A stretch of 61,285 nucleotides of DNA, counting the filler, from Sphacelaria rigidula (Eukaryota), in NCBI GenBank assembly GCA_964200075.2. It is 6 parts of 6 records of this genome, joined end to end, with 100 filler letters (N's around TTAATTAATTAA, not from the genome) between each part and the next. Parts side by side here need not be neighbours in the genome. Positions count along the whole stretch, not along the records: positions 30,696 to 40,825 come from CAXNAA020007070.1; positions 40,926 to 51,055 come from CAXNAA020007071.1; 4 more parts are not named here. One strand, written 5' to 3'. The position numbers were made by a program, and so were the translations under genes. This document shows positions 36,147 to 47,510 of this stretch, piece by piece (position 1 is the stretch's first letter; each line of letters begins with the position of its first letter). Below the pieces are notes generated by a model. The model was not told where the DNA came from, made no database searches, and was given only the letters and a program-made list of their open reading frames with translations.

Positions 36147-37057
36147 CACCCCCCCCACACTCCACAAAACACCAGGCCCCAAAAAAAAAAGGGGGGGCCG
36201 CCACCCAAACTCTCCCNNNNNNNNNNTTACCCTCGAAATCTATTACACTTGTCCTCCAAACCCGTCCCCAAATGGAATCCACCCAAACCTCAAATCCCCA
36301 CGTGACCCCCCCCCCCCCTCCCGCCCGCGATACATGCCACGCAGATTTCGAAAAACAGGAGGCCATAAAAAACGAGATGGCGACATCACACAGACTTCTC
36401 GCAGCGAAAGGGTCCGTACCTTGGAGCCTCCCGTGTCACGGGCTCAGGCGCAGAAACGGGCATCCATCTGGAGGAGCATGAGAGGCGGTGGCAGGGACTC
36501 ACGGAGGTGCTAGTGTAGATGAGAGGTCCGGGGGGGGTTGGAGTCGTCTCTCAGTGAGAAGACGGGGAAAGTTGGTGTTGATAGGTCCCTTCTAGGTGAT
36601 GGGGGCGACGGGGGTGGCCGTCCCGGGGGGCACGCCGATGGGGACGGCAGCGCTGACATCTTGCATGTCCCCTCCTTCACCGAGGGAGACTTCGTGTTCT
36701 TTCTCGGCGACAAAACTTCATTTCTTGTAGGAAAGGTGACCGGCAAGCAGTTGGGAGTCGATGGCGAAGCTCAAGCCGAGGTGCGCTGGTAGTCGCCTGC
36801 CACATCCGCAATTCGAGAGCACGCTTCCAACTACAGCATCGGAGAGTACGGCAGAGGGAAAACCACGGCAGACGTTCAAGACCGGGGAAGACGATGAAGG
36901 CAGCCCTACAAGCGACAAGGGTAAGAAGCGTAGGTTGGTGCCGGATGTGGAGTGGATGCAGGCAGAGTTGGTAGTTGCCTCGTGCGGGAAGCTCAACTCT
37001 GGTGACAAGATTCCCAAGGGGGTATTGGATGCCATAGATAAGAGGGCCAAGGGTTGA
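32119..37057 (+). pseudogene. Multi-exon DDD/E transposase-like gene (Sola-type / DUF7869-like motifs), degenerate
   Basis: Phase-consistent exons: ~32119-32352 (FLDWYADVYGQHMPHE...NKK); 32713-32958 (ELYDTF, SRSYFY, FMKCHSC; in-frame TGA at 32803); 33576-33739 (FISMQADAAAQTAFALP); 34584-34672; 34844-35093 (GSNL, LQLDNCVGENKH, FMMVGHTHIMIDQVFS); then 35176 onward, ~35526-35954 and 36345-37057 (stops and frameshifts). Confidence 0.8.
34844..35093 (+). CDS. Catalytic-core exon of the transposase-like gene
   Basis: tacag acceptor and gtgcgt donor. Encodes QLDNCVGENK and GHTHxxIDQxFS, an RNase H-fold DDD/E-type signature. Confidence 0.8.
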
Positions 37058-37874
37058 TGGTCAGTACTCCCGACCTTCCGCAGTAAAGACGGGGACGCCA
37101 GCGGCTTCGACAAAGCTTGCCATCTGGGAGTGTGGGCGTTACAATATAAGTGTTGCTCTGTAGTCTAATGCATGGCGTGTTGTATTTGGGAAGCCAGGAG
37201 GTGCCATGTTTGACCGCTGCTGGATCCCGGAGGGATCGCTCAAAATGCGAAAACCGACAAGTAAAAGCTCGCGCGCCCGTACGGGAGAGGAGAGCATGAA
37301 AGTTTTGTGCGCAGTGCGTCTTTTTGTGCGAAGAGGGCTGTTCATGAGCTAGATGACGAGATGAAAAGATTGTCGAATTGGAGTGGACAATGCCGATGTG
37401 CGGCGAAGAGTGACGAGCGTGCTGATGCCATCGGCATGGTCTCTGCCGTCGCTGCCCAGTGTTCGCCAACGGTGCATCATACATGCTCCAACCGGGTTGA
37501 AGGGCTCGACGGATGTTCGCGGTACTGTCTGTGTTTCATTAATAAATATTGTCTCCATTTTGCACACACGCTCGAAACGAGAAAATCCATCCTATCCCTG
37601 ACATGTTGGTGACATGTTGGTGACCAACGGTTTGTTATCCCCCCAAGACGTCACCGCGGCAACAGGCCATCCTTCCTCCAACACGCCACTGGAGAGCAAA
37701 CCAGCGCCGGAGATTGTCATTCTCACACTGGCCTCGAGGCACGTAACAGCGAGAAGACCGTTACCCACAAATTTCACATGGGACAAACTGTTGTTGGATC
37801 GCCGTTTTTTCCCCAGCCCATGGTGGCATTCCACGCCGCCGCCGGCCGCAGACAAACAGGAACAGTCGAAAGAC

Positions 37875-38025
37875 GGTAAGTTCAGCCACCGACACTTGAT
37901 TCCCCTCCACGAAAATGATCGAGGGCAAGCGCGGACGGTACTTCCCCCGGTTGTTGGCGCACACAGGCGATCCTCCTCAAACCTCATTTCATTGATCAAC
38001 CTCATTTTATAGAATCCCTTGTGAA
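37875..38025. repeat. Dispersed repeat shared with 50855-50970 (inverted)
   Basis: ctcctcaaacctcatttcattgatcaacctcatttt matches the reverse complement of aaatgaggttgatcgatgaaatgaagtttgaggag. Confidence 0.8.
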
Positions 38026-38555
38026 GTGATTATCTCACCACTATTGAAATCCAAGTACCTACACACTCTTCCTAGCCAGCGACAAACATACTACATGCGC
38101 TCATCGACGGCTTCTGCAACGCTACATAAAGTCTGCCATGCAAATTTGTTTTGTTTCTCTTGGCCCAAACTTGTTCATCCAGGCTAGCTTGGCCTTACGA
38201 AGATGGTACAACACCTCCGCCATGTTGCACCTCTCTGCTGTAATACTGCCGTACAAACACTGTTGCAATACCCGACGCGCAAAACATCGTGCTTGCAGTC
38301 AGTGGAGCTTGAAGCTGTTTGTGTGTTTCAACTGTCGAACGTACTAACATGTTATTTTTCGGGCAACAGCAGTACTGTGCAGTAAAAGAGCGGGGGGTTG
38401 GGGGGCGGATCCGGTTTAAGAGAAAAGAGAGTTCGGTCCAAGAGAATGGGTCTGGTTTGAGAGAAACCAGGGTTTGATTGAAGAGAGTGGTGTGTCAAGC
38501 TTTTTTTTTACCTCTCTTAAACCGGCACTTAAATTGAGCTCTCTGAAATCGTTTC

Positions 38556-39000
38556 AAACACGGGATCTTACAAATTGGGGACGGATCTTTTTTTGGGGAT
38601 AAAAAACCCGGAGAATTCAAAACTTCGTATTCACACCAAACTTTGAAATATGATTTCATTTCTTCACCTACTGATAGCTATTGACAACTGCTACACGCCA
38701 TATCCTTTTGGGTTTTGATAACCGAAATTTTGAAGTCCTACGTGCAAAATCAATTTCGTATCCATTTTGGCGTCCGTTCGGACACCCGGAATTTTCCACA
38801 ATTGGTTTTGCACCTAGGACCCTAACATTTCGGCGATCGAACTCCAAATTTCTATGGCGTGTAGTAGTTGTCAATAGCTATCAGTAGGTGAAGAAATGGA
38901 ACCATATTCCGAACAAATGGTGTGGATACGAAGATTTTAATTCTCCGGGTTTCTGATCCCCAATAAACGATCCATCCCCAATTTGTAAGATCTCGTGTTT
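38556..39000. repeat. 445-bp near-complete palindrome (foldback/MITE)
   Basis: aaacacgggatcttacaaattgggga pairs with tccccaatttgtaagatctcgtgttt. catttcttcacctactgatagctattgacaact pairs perfectly with the other arm. Centre gtccg-tt-cggac. Confidence 0.93.
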
Positions 39001-39253
39001 ACACCCTTGCGCGTGACTGCCGCCCTCCTTGAAGTCGCTGGTCTGTTCGCGTGCTGTTTTGCCCTCTCGGTATCACGTGTTTCTTACCCTAGCTAGCTAG
39101 ATTAGAACGGCGCATGATTTCTCATTATGCTTCTTTTCCATCATAATAAAGGAAAAGAAAAAACGAAAATTGGAAGCGCGATGCAAAGCAGAGCAATCTA
39201 TATTGATACAACTGGCATCAGCTAGGGCGGAAGATCACGGGTTCAAATCCCAG

Positions 39254-39288
<35 letters not shown>

Positions 39289-39452
39289 TAGTAGAGCTTC
39301 CGCGCTGGTCGTGATCAATATTTGTTGCTTGATCTTACACTTAAAACTAATAGTCGCATCTTCAGAGGGGGTGACAGTCCTATTCCGAAGTGCTTCTAAC
39401 TTGCCCAAGACGTGTCTTGTTTGGCGCAGATTTGCCTGAAGCGGAAGCGCCC

Positions 39453-39491
<39 letters not shown>
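39254..39491. repeat. Two (TA)n microsatellites (~39254-39288 and ~39456-39491)
   Basis: Read directly. Confidence 0.9.
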
Positions 39492-39495
<4 letters not shown>

Positions 39496-40825
39496 GTACA
39501 TGTATCATCTCGCATTTTTCACCACTTTTGCCAAGTTTTCTCTGGCGGCAAGGCAATTGTTCCCGTGCTTTCGTTTTCAGCGCACTGAGAAGGCTCAGGG
39601 GTACGTTACCGTTCAGGTTTGGGTGTCATCTGACACCTGCGGCGCGTGTTCTGGCCACCGAAAGTCGTGCAAACTGTTTTTCTCGCAGGGTGTTGTTGAT
39701 CCCGAACCACAAACGCATTTCCAAGATCGTGAGCGACTTGAATCAAGAACCCACACCACAAAAAAATCCTGTCGAAGATCATGGAAATGTTCAAACAGGA
39801 TTACTTTTGGTGGGGTCTTTTGCCCCCGTGTTTCTCTTTGTCGTGTTCTCGTCCATTTGGGAGCACGAACGCACCGGTTATACCGCCAATGTCACGAGAA
39901 CATGAGAACAAAGCAGTTGAAAACAGTTAAGCATTGCCCGTACCAACCTCCCGAAGGGGAACCTTGTATATATATATATTCGGTATGGGTGTTGGCGTAG
40001 CTTTTAATTGAATGTAACTGATGGGAAACCGCAGAATGATACGCAAGGGGAAACCCGGGGCTCGGGAAGAAAACCGCCCCGAAATCATAGGCATTTCACT
40101 GAAAATTAACTCGGATGCAAGGGTCAAGGACAGAAAGTGCAAGAGGTACGTAGTACTAAAGTGCAAAGTGATATGCAAGGGCAAACCCGGGCGTCGGGCA
40201 AGAAGCTGTCGCGAAAAAATATCAACTGGACCGTAACCAATTCGGATGCAAGGGTAAACGCCCACCCCTACGGAAAAAGTCCTATACCGGCGTCAGAAAA
40301 AGCCAAGGCAGTGAAGCAAGCAAGAAGAAGAGTGGTCATTTATTTACGAAAAAAACCTTACGTATACGCCTGCAACGAACAACACACCTCGCAGAAGCAA
40401 CCGTGAAGAGACGAAAAGATGTACGAAAAATATCGCTGTTTGTACGCTGCGCGGCATACAACCCACTCCGTAGAAGCAACAATGATGTAGGAATAGCGTA
40501 AAAAAGAAAGAAACAAAGAGAGAACGACTTACACGAAACCATGAAAGAGAAACGTGGCAGAATAACCCCGATGGAAAAATAGTGTTATACCTACGTCAGA
40601 AAAACCCACGACAGCAATGAATAATGAAGAAAGTGTTGGACATTTACACAGCCAGCAATCTAACTGTATATCTTTTGTGTGAGTTTTTACTCTGTAGCAA
40701 ATTCGCGGGACAACTAGTGACGGTTCGGGTAGTCGGATAATAGCACAAATCTAACCCGAGATTCCGGGTACAAGTACCTCTTTTATATGGATCCTTGAGT
40801 TAGATATCTTGTTGGTATTGCCACG

Positions 40826-40925
40826 NNNNNNNNNNNNNNNNNNNNNNNNNNNNNNNNNNNNNNNNNNNNTTAATTAATTAANNNNNNNNNNNNNNNNNNN
40901 NNNNNNNNNNNNNNNNNNNNNNNNN
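40826..40925. other. Artificial contig-joining linker
   Basis: Same N44-TTAATTAATTAA-N44 structure. Confidence 0.98.
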
Positions 40926-41244
40926 GGTGAGCGGTGGCATGTGGCGCCCTTATTTATAGTTTGCCTAGTTTATGCATACGCATAGCTGTCCTCTCAGAGG
41001 TCCAAGGATAGGTTTCTTCTTTCTTCTGTTTATTTTCACCTTTTTTGTTTTTGTTTTGTTTTGCTTTGTCTCGTTTTTCTTGTATCGCGTCTGTGTGACT
41101 TTTTCGTGAGTCCGATTTTGCTTCCTGATTTGCCTTTTACTCTGACATGGGGTGGTAGCCTGTAACCACGGAAGACGTCCGAGTCAGATGTCCAGTACAG
41201 CACTGCGCAGATATCGGAACGACTTTTTAATGTGAAGACAACAA

Positions 41245-41275
<31 letters not shown>

Positions 41276-41278
41276 AAC
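40926..41278 (+). mobile_element. 3' UTR/tail of a non-LTR retroelement ending in (AAC)n
   Basis: T-rich tract, then gtagcctgtaaccacgg...aatgtgaaga, then (aac)n. Shares motifs with 3117-3302 and 59226-59453. Confidence 0.6.
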
Positions 41279-44200
41279 TGTTGGTCGATTGTTGTCTTAC
41301 TTCTTCTGTTTCCCTTATATATCCACTACATTGGGGGTATTGCCTGCTTCGTTGTTGCCCACGAAGGAGGGGGAATGAATATTTTATGCCTTTTCAGTTG
41401 CTGTTTCTGGACCCTGTTCCGTACGATCGGCGTTTCTGCGGTGCAATAGTACTGGACTCATGGTTGCGAACAATCGCTTGTGCCCGGTCTACCGTATCGG
41501 TACAATCGTCAAAACATCATTAACCCTCTTCTCCATACTCTGCCCCCGGGACACGGGTCTTCATAATATGCACACAGCGGAATATACTGCACTTGAACCT
41601 GTGATCTGTTCGGTCGCCTAATGCGAGCAACGATGACCGGTCCTCATGTACCTTGGCTATCGATCTCATTGAGCGATGCGGCGGAAGCCGCCGAACCCCT
41701 TGTATGTATATATATATATCTTGGTACCCTTGGACTGCACACGTATTGCGTGCCCAATGTATATTATTGTAGGACTGCATACATATTGCCCGCCGAATAT
41801 ACATTGGCACCGTGGGGTTGAAGACATATTGTTCCATCAATATTTATTGGGGCAGTGTGGGCGACGGTATACTGCACGACCAATATACATATATGAGGGT
41901 TGCATCGGTGGGAAAATATTGACCTGCCAAAATAGATGGGGTATTCGTGGGTGCCAATGTATTGGCCGGTCAATATATATCGGATATGAAGTATGGTGTA
42001 CACTTCAAGAAAGATCCAGACGCGGTGGATGCCGGAGCCCGTGCAGATTGGGAAAGCTTCGCAGGGAGTCGTGGAACTTCGCGTGCATTGCTACGAAGAG
42101 TTGTCGAATTCGTTCGAAATATATATATATATATATACTAGTCAGAAAATATGATGACGGAAGAGGCGACCCGTTATATATGCCTCGTGATACCTATCTG
42201 GCCACCGGTGCGGGGCCGCCCACCCCCTTCCCAGCATGTAATAAATATATGCTGGCTAAACATCACAATGACAGAAAAAGCTGGGGGGTGCTGTACGCTC
42301 TAGCTACCTTTCTGACCTAGGTTGGGGGTAACATGTACATTCAGCAATGCGCTGTAAGATTTTGGTTGATGAATCTTGAGTCTGTGGGTCTAGTCGGTGG
42401 ACTTTGTGATGTTTTATCGCCACAAGGTTTGGGGTTGGTTTGACTTCGTTGGCGAGGGTCTATGATCCTGTCCCCCTGCGCTCTTAGCAGCTTAGGGTTA
42501 ATACATGAATCACTGAAGCCGCGGAAGTCTATGTGCCCATGATGGGAGGGGGTCCACATAGCTGTATGATCTTGAGGGACAGAGGTCTATAACTGCAAGC
42601 TGCGAGGAGTCGGTGGGCTCTGCGTGTGGTGCAGACAACCGGTGAGGAGTTTCGATGTACTTGACGGACAGTCTCTCGTTTTCTCCAAGTCTACTCAAGT
42701 TCATCCTCGCGCTTCTATGATGGTCGCTGAAGGGCGTGAGCGACGGCACTGTTGAACCCTCGGACGGCGATTAGAGTAGGTCATCGGCCGAATCGGGGTG
42801 AAGTTCACTTGAAAAAAGTATGTTTGATTTAGATCGACTACTCTCGCGGCCCAAGGGTTCAAACGTTTCCCCCCCACAATATGCCGGTGACCTAGGTTCT
42901 TCCAATGATGTCAGGCGAATCAAAGAAAGATAATAAAGACATATGTCGTCCCTTGAAAAGAAGTCTCCTCATGCATGGGTTATTTGGAAAGTGGGTGTCA
43001 AAATATGCGGTTAGGATTACACTTGATTTTGTCCACGTCTTCACACGTACACAACTAGCCGCCAGAAAAACACGCACAGACACGTACCACTTATGCGCAT
43101 TAGTTCCAGCGGTAACCCTTGCTAATGTACACATGGCAGTCTTGTTCGGACTAAAGTCCGTTCTTCGTTGGAGAAGGGTCAGGAGTTGATGTGTCATTGC
43201 TGGCCGCTTATCGCAGTATATAATTGCTCTGCTATTTACTCTGTATAGGAGGAAACTCCTTGCTGACCGCTTATGCCGGTGGACAGTTGCTCCGTTCTTA
43301 TCTTGATTTTATGATGTACACGGTAAGCATCCTCATCAGTCGTGTTTCGTTGCACCGCATTCAGTTGATCTCAGTCTTGGCTGAAACTTGTATGTACGAT
43401 ACAAGAACTTGATTTCGTGCGCGTGGGTTGTGTTTTTCGCCCAGCTATCATGTACTTGGTCGGGCTCTATCTGCTTGCAAACGAAAGTATGTGGTAAATG
43501 CGGTACTGCTCTGTATTCTGGGGACGATTGTCCATGCTTTTACAGCTCAGGCTGTCGCGGGTATGGCCTGCGGAGCACCATGTCGATCAGAAGATGGTGC
43601 AATATGTTTTGGTGTGGGAAACGATGCAAAACAATGTGGAAGGGAGAGCACGGACAGGAAGAGGGCGTCAGACACAGTGTTCAATCTGGAAAACTGTTCC
43701 GAAAATATCATTTTCACTGGAGTGAGTATGAGTTCGAGCTCAATTTGTATGCTGGTTTGAGTATGGTGTGGAAAGACATTTACGCTATTACTAATATCGA
43801 TGATTGAGGGGGAAATGACGACGTGCTGGAAAAGCCTGGGCCCGTTATTTCTCGTTGATTAAGTGCTAAACCGTAAACCGCACGGAGATAAGGTCCGTAT
43901 CAAATACACAAAGCCCCGAACGATACGCGCAGCGGATGATGATGCTTGATCCGAACATTCCCTAGAGCACGGGCAGACGATCGAAAATCTCACCACGTCA
44001 AACTTTCGCGCCGTTTTAGTGCAACACGGCTTTCGTTTTTTGCCCCCATTTAGGATGGAACAAAATTCTTCATGTCCCGAAAACTGGTGTTGTCATTATG
44101 CCGTATTGTACCGACTGTATATCTAAATATTTTTATCAAAATTGAGTGGACGATCGTCCTTCAATTTGACAACCCGCTTCCAGACTGGCCCAGCTCGTCG

Positions 44201-45119
44201 CACATTCTTGCTGGTGTAACCTTTATGTCGAACTCTGCACACCCCTTGCTCGGTGTCGTCATTGGTTTGGCACAGTTCGCAACAGCGATGATCAACTGAG
44301 TTTATAAAAAGGCTTACACAGTCACCGCGATGACACCTGCGGTACATAAAGTTCATGTCCGATTAAAAAAACCTTTTAACCCTGTCAAATCGTTCGACAT
44401 CGCCTGACCCTTCTCCCAAACCATGATGCGGCACGTGCATTTTCGTCGCTGCCCTCCCCCCCACACCCGCGCCCGTTCAAATTTGTACCGGAGTAGTATA
44501 CTTGCTCATGTGATGCCGCATAGCGATGTTTCACTCTGTCTATCAATACTTGTGGCTCTTCACTACGCACAAGATTTTTTAGCTGAGTCATATTGCGAGG
44601 CTTGTAAGCCGTACGTTTGTTACTTCAGAATATATCCATCTGACATTCCTCATTGAAACTGCATACTTCAGCGTTGGTATCGTGCTTCACTTGTGACTTG
44701 TACCATGATGCCTCTTCTATTGCACTACCCGGTGCTTGATCCGCTTTTGATTTCTACTGCGGTAGCGTAGTGGACATCCCTTTCACTGTAATCATCTTGC
44801 GAGTTGGCGTCACCGTAGATCAAGCGTCTTTTGAGTTGGATGCAGGTAGGTGTTTTTCTGCGAAGTATGTGTAGCAACCATGATGCCATTCGTTCTGCAA
44901 ACCGTTTCAACTCCCTTGGGCCCGCGGCTCACAAAGCATTTCCCGCCGTCTTGGTGTTTGTGCTATCGCGAGCAGTTTGTCTTCGAAGGAGTTCCATCGT
45001 AAGACCTAACGGCCGACATTGCCAGAAGAAGGTGCGTCAACAAGGGCTGCTCCAAGCCGCCATCTCGCGATTTGGAGGGTTACAAAGCGGGGTTTTGCTT
45101 CAAGCACGCTAGGGCGGCA

Positions 45120-47510
45120 ATGGTGGATGTAATGAAACGAGTGTGTGGTTTTGGAGGCTGCTCGAAGTTGCCGTCGTATGGAGTAGCGGGAAGCAAGAAA
45201 GCAGAGTTCTGTTCCAGGCATGCCAGGGCGGGAATGGTTTATTTGATGCGCAAGAAGTGCGGCTACGAGGGCTGTGTGGAGCAGCCTTCGTATGGTGTGG
45301 CGGGAAGCGGAGAAGCGGAGCTTTGCTCCAAGCATTCTAGGGTGGGCATGGTGAACATTGTGAGCAAGAAGTGCGGCTACGAGGGCTACCTAACGCATTC
45401 ATCGGACGGTGTGGCGGGAAGCAAGAAGGCAGACTTCTGGTCGAAGCATGCCGGGGCGGTTATGGTGAATGTGACACACGAGAAGTGCGACTACGAGGGC
45501 TGCTGCACGACTCCGTCGTATGGTGTACCGGGAAACGCGAAGGCGGGGGTTGGCTCCAAGGATTCCAGGGCGGAAATGGTGAATGTGACACACAAGAAGT
45601 GCGGCTATGAGGGCTGCTTCACGCGTCCATCGTATGGTGCAGCGGGGAGCAAAAATGCGGAGGTTTGCTCGAAGCATGCCAGGGTGGGAATGGTGGATGT
45701 GGTAAACAAGAAGTGTGGCTACGAGGACTGCTCCACGCATCCGTCGTATGGTGTAGCGGGAAGCAAAGAGGCGGAGTTCTGCTCGAAGCATGCCGGGGCT
45801 GGAATGATTAATGTGAAGAACAAGAAGTGCGGCTACGAGGGCTGCTCGATGCATCCGTCGTATGGTGTAGCGGGAAGCACGAAAGCGGAGTTCTGCTCCA
45901 AGCATGCCGGGGCGGGAATGGTGAATGTAGTGAACAAGAAGTGCAGCTACGAGGGCTGCTCCACTCAGGCGTGCTATGGTGTAGCGGGCAGCACGGAGGC
46001 GGAGTTTTGCTCAAAGCATGCCAGGGGGGGGCTGGTAAATGTGAAAAAGAAGAAGTGCAGCTACGAGGGCTGCTCCATTCATGCGTCTTTCCGTGTGGCG
46101 GGAAGCAAGAAAGCGGAGTTCTGCGTCAAGCATGCCAGGGCAGGAATGATAAATGTGAAGAACAACATATGCGGCCACGAGGGCTGTCCCAAGTGTCCGT
46201 CGTATGGTGTAGCGGGAGGCAAAGGGGCCGAGTTTTGCTTCGAGCATGCTAGGGCGGGTATGGTGAGTATGCGGAGAAAAAAATGCGGCCGCGAGGGCTG
46301 CTCCACGAATCCGTCTTATGGTGTAGCACGAGGCAAGAAGGCGGAATTTTGCTCGAAGCATGCCAGGGCGGGAATGGTCAACGTGAGAAACAAGACGTGC
46401 AGCGAAGAGGGCTGTTCCACGCAGCCGTCGTATGGTGTAGCGGGAAGCAACAAGGCAGAGTTTTGCTACACGCATGCCAAGGCAGGAATGTTGAATGTGA
46501 AGGACAAGACGTGCAGCGACGAGGGCTGTCACACGCAGCCATCGTATGGTGTAGCGGGAAGCAGCAATGCGGAGCTTTGCTCCAAGCATGCCAGGGTGGG
46601 AATGGTGAATGTGGTGAACAAGAGGTGCGGCTACGAGGGTTGTCACACGCAGCCGACGTTTGGTGTGGCGGGAAGCAAACGAAGAGAGTTTTGCCTCAAG
46701 CATGCGAGGGTGGGCATGGTGAATGTGAATAAGTCGCGCAGCGATGAGGGCTATCTCGCGCAGCCGTCGTATGGTGCAACAGGAAACAAGAAGGCTAAGA
46801 GTAGCTCCAAGCTTGCCAGGGCGGGAATGGTGAACGTCGTAAGTAATAGATGCCGCAAGAAGGGGTACTCGAAGTCACCTCTCGACAAGAAGGACAACTT
46901 TGATGAGGAAACGCTTCGCCAACAGCATGATGATGCACACAAGGCTGACGTTTTCGACACCACGAAGTTCAGCCCTGGTGAGGGCACCCCCGGCCGTAGC
47001 GCGACGAAGGGCGGTGAAAAAAGCGTCGCTGATATACGAGGGGTGAAGCGCAAGCGCGCAGCACTCTCGTGTTCTGGTTCAAACGACGGCCTAGATGGTC
47101 GCTGTAGTTTGTACTCCCGTTCCAGGCAAGGGGAGAAGACACGGGCGCACTCGGGACGTCTACTTTTGCTCCCGGGACACCAATCTTCGTGGGCAGATGA
47201 TGAGGTGTCTTTGCAGGCAGGAGGAAAAGCCGGAATGAAGGTGGAGCTGGCAGTCCCTTCCCCTACAGACGATAGCAATGGGATAAGGAAGTGTCGCGAG
47301 CAGGCTTCCCTCTCAAGTGCTTGGAGCAGCGAACGTGGTAGTAGTGGATTCACCACCAGTGGTGGTGTGGGCACGAGGCGGCTCTATGGTCCGCCGGTAG
47401 TGGTACCTGGATGCTTAAGCGTATTCGATGTTGTGGCTTTTGAAGAGGCAGAAAAGGATTTAAACGTCAAGTTGGAGCTAAGAGTATCTAGTGCTTCTCC
47501 TCGGAGGTAG
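45120..47510 (+). CDS. Intronless EsV-1-7 cysteine-rich repeat protein (~16 x 38-aa C-X4-C-X16-C-X2-H-X12 repeats plus a low-complexity C-terminal tail)
   Basis: Uninterrupted frame open from 45003 to the stop at 47510; first in-frame ATG at 45120. Repeat consensus CGYEGCSTxPSYGVAGSKKAEFCSKHARAGMVNVxNKK (114-bp period). Confidence 0.93.
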   Translation: MVDVMKRVCGFGGCSKLPSYGVAGSKKAEFCSRHARAGMVYLMRKKCGYEGCVEQPSYGVAGSGEAELCSKHSRVGMVNIVSKKCGYEGYLTHSSDGVAGSKKADFWSKHAGAVMVNVTHEKCDYEGCCTTPSYGVPGNAKAGVGSKDSRAEMVNVTHKKCGYEGCFTRPSYGAAGSKNAEVCSKHARVGMVDVVNKKCGYEDCSTHPSYGVAGSKEAEFCSKHAGAGMINVKNKKCGYEGCSMHPSYGVAGSTKAEFCSKHAGAGMVNVVNKKCSYEGCSTQACYGVAGSTEAEFCSKHARGGLVNVKKKKCSYEGCSIHASFRVAGSKKAEFCVKHARAGMINVKNNICGHEGCPKCPSYGVAGGKGAEFCFEHARAGMVSMRRKKCGREGCSTNPSYGVARGKKAEFCSKHARAGMVNVRNKTCSEEGCSTQPSYGVAGSNKAEFCYTHAKAGMLNVKDKTCSDEGCHTQPSYGVAGSSNAELCSKHARVGMVNVVNKRCGYEGCHTQPTFGVAGSKRREFCLKHARVGMVNVNKSRSDEGYLAQPSYGATGNKKAKSSSKLARAGMVNVVSNRCRKKGYSKSPLDKKDNFDEETLRQQHDDAHKADVFDTTKFSPGEGTPGRSATKGGEKSVADIRGVKRKRAALSCSGSNDGLDGRCSLYSRSRQGEKTRAHSGRLLLLPGHQSSWADDEVSLQAGGKAGMKVELAVPSPTDDSNGIRKCREQASLSSAWSSERGSSGFTTSGGVGTRRLYGPPVVVPGCLSVFDVVAFEEAEKDLNVKLELRVSSASPRR

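Noticed and set aside
36030..36320. Tandem duplication and polyproline coding stretch in the 292-aa ORF
   Set aside because: Near-identical sequence lies on both sides of a 10-N gap next to poly-C runs, so it is most likely an uncollapsed low-quality overlap within an intron.
38668..38887. Two similar ORFs on opposite strands
   Set aside because: They result from the DNA palindrome, not from paralogous genes.
45399..47374. Antisense and alternate-frame repeat ORFs
   Set aside because: They are shadows of the 114-bp repeat in the EsV-1-7 gene.
32119..47510. Functional linkage of the transposase-like gene and the EsV-1-7 gene as one system
   Set aside because: They lie on different contigs separated by an artificial linker.
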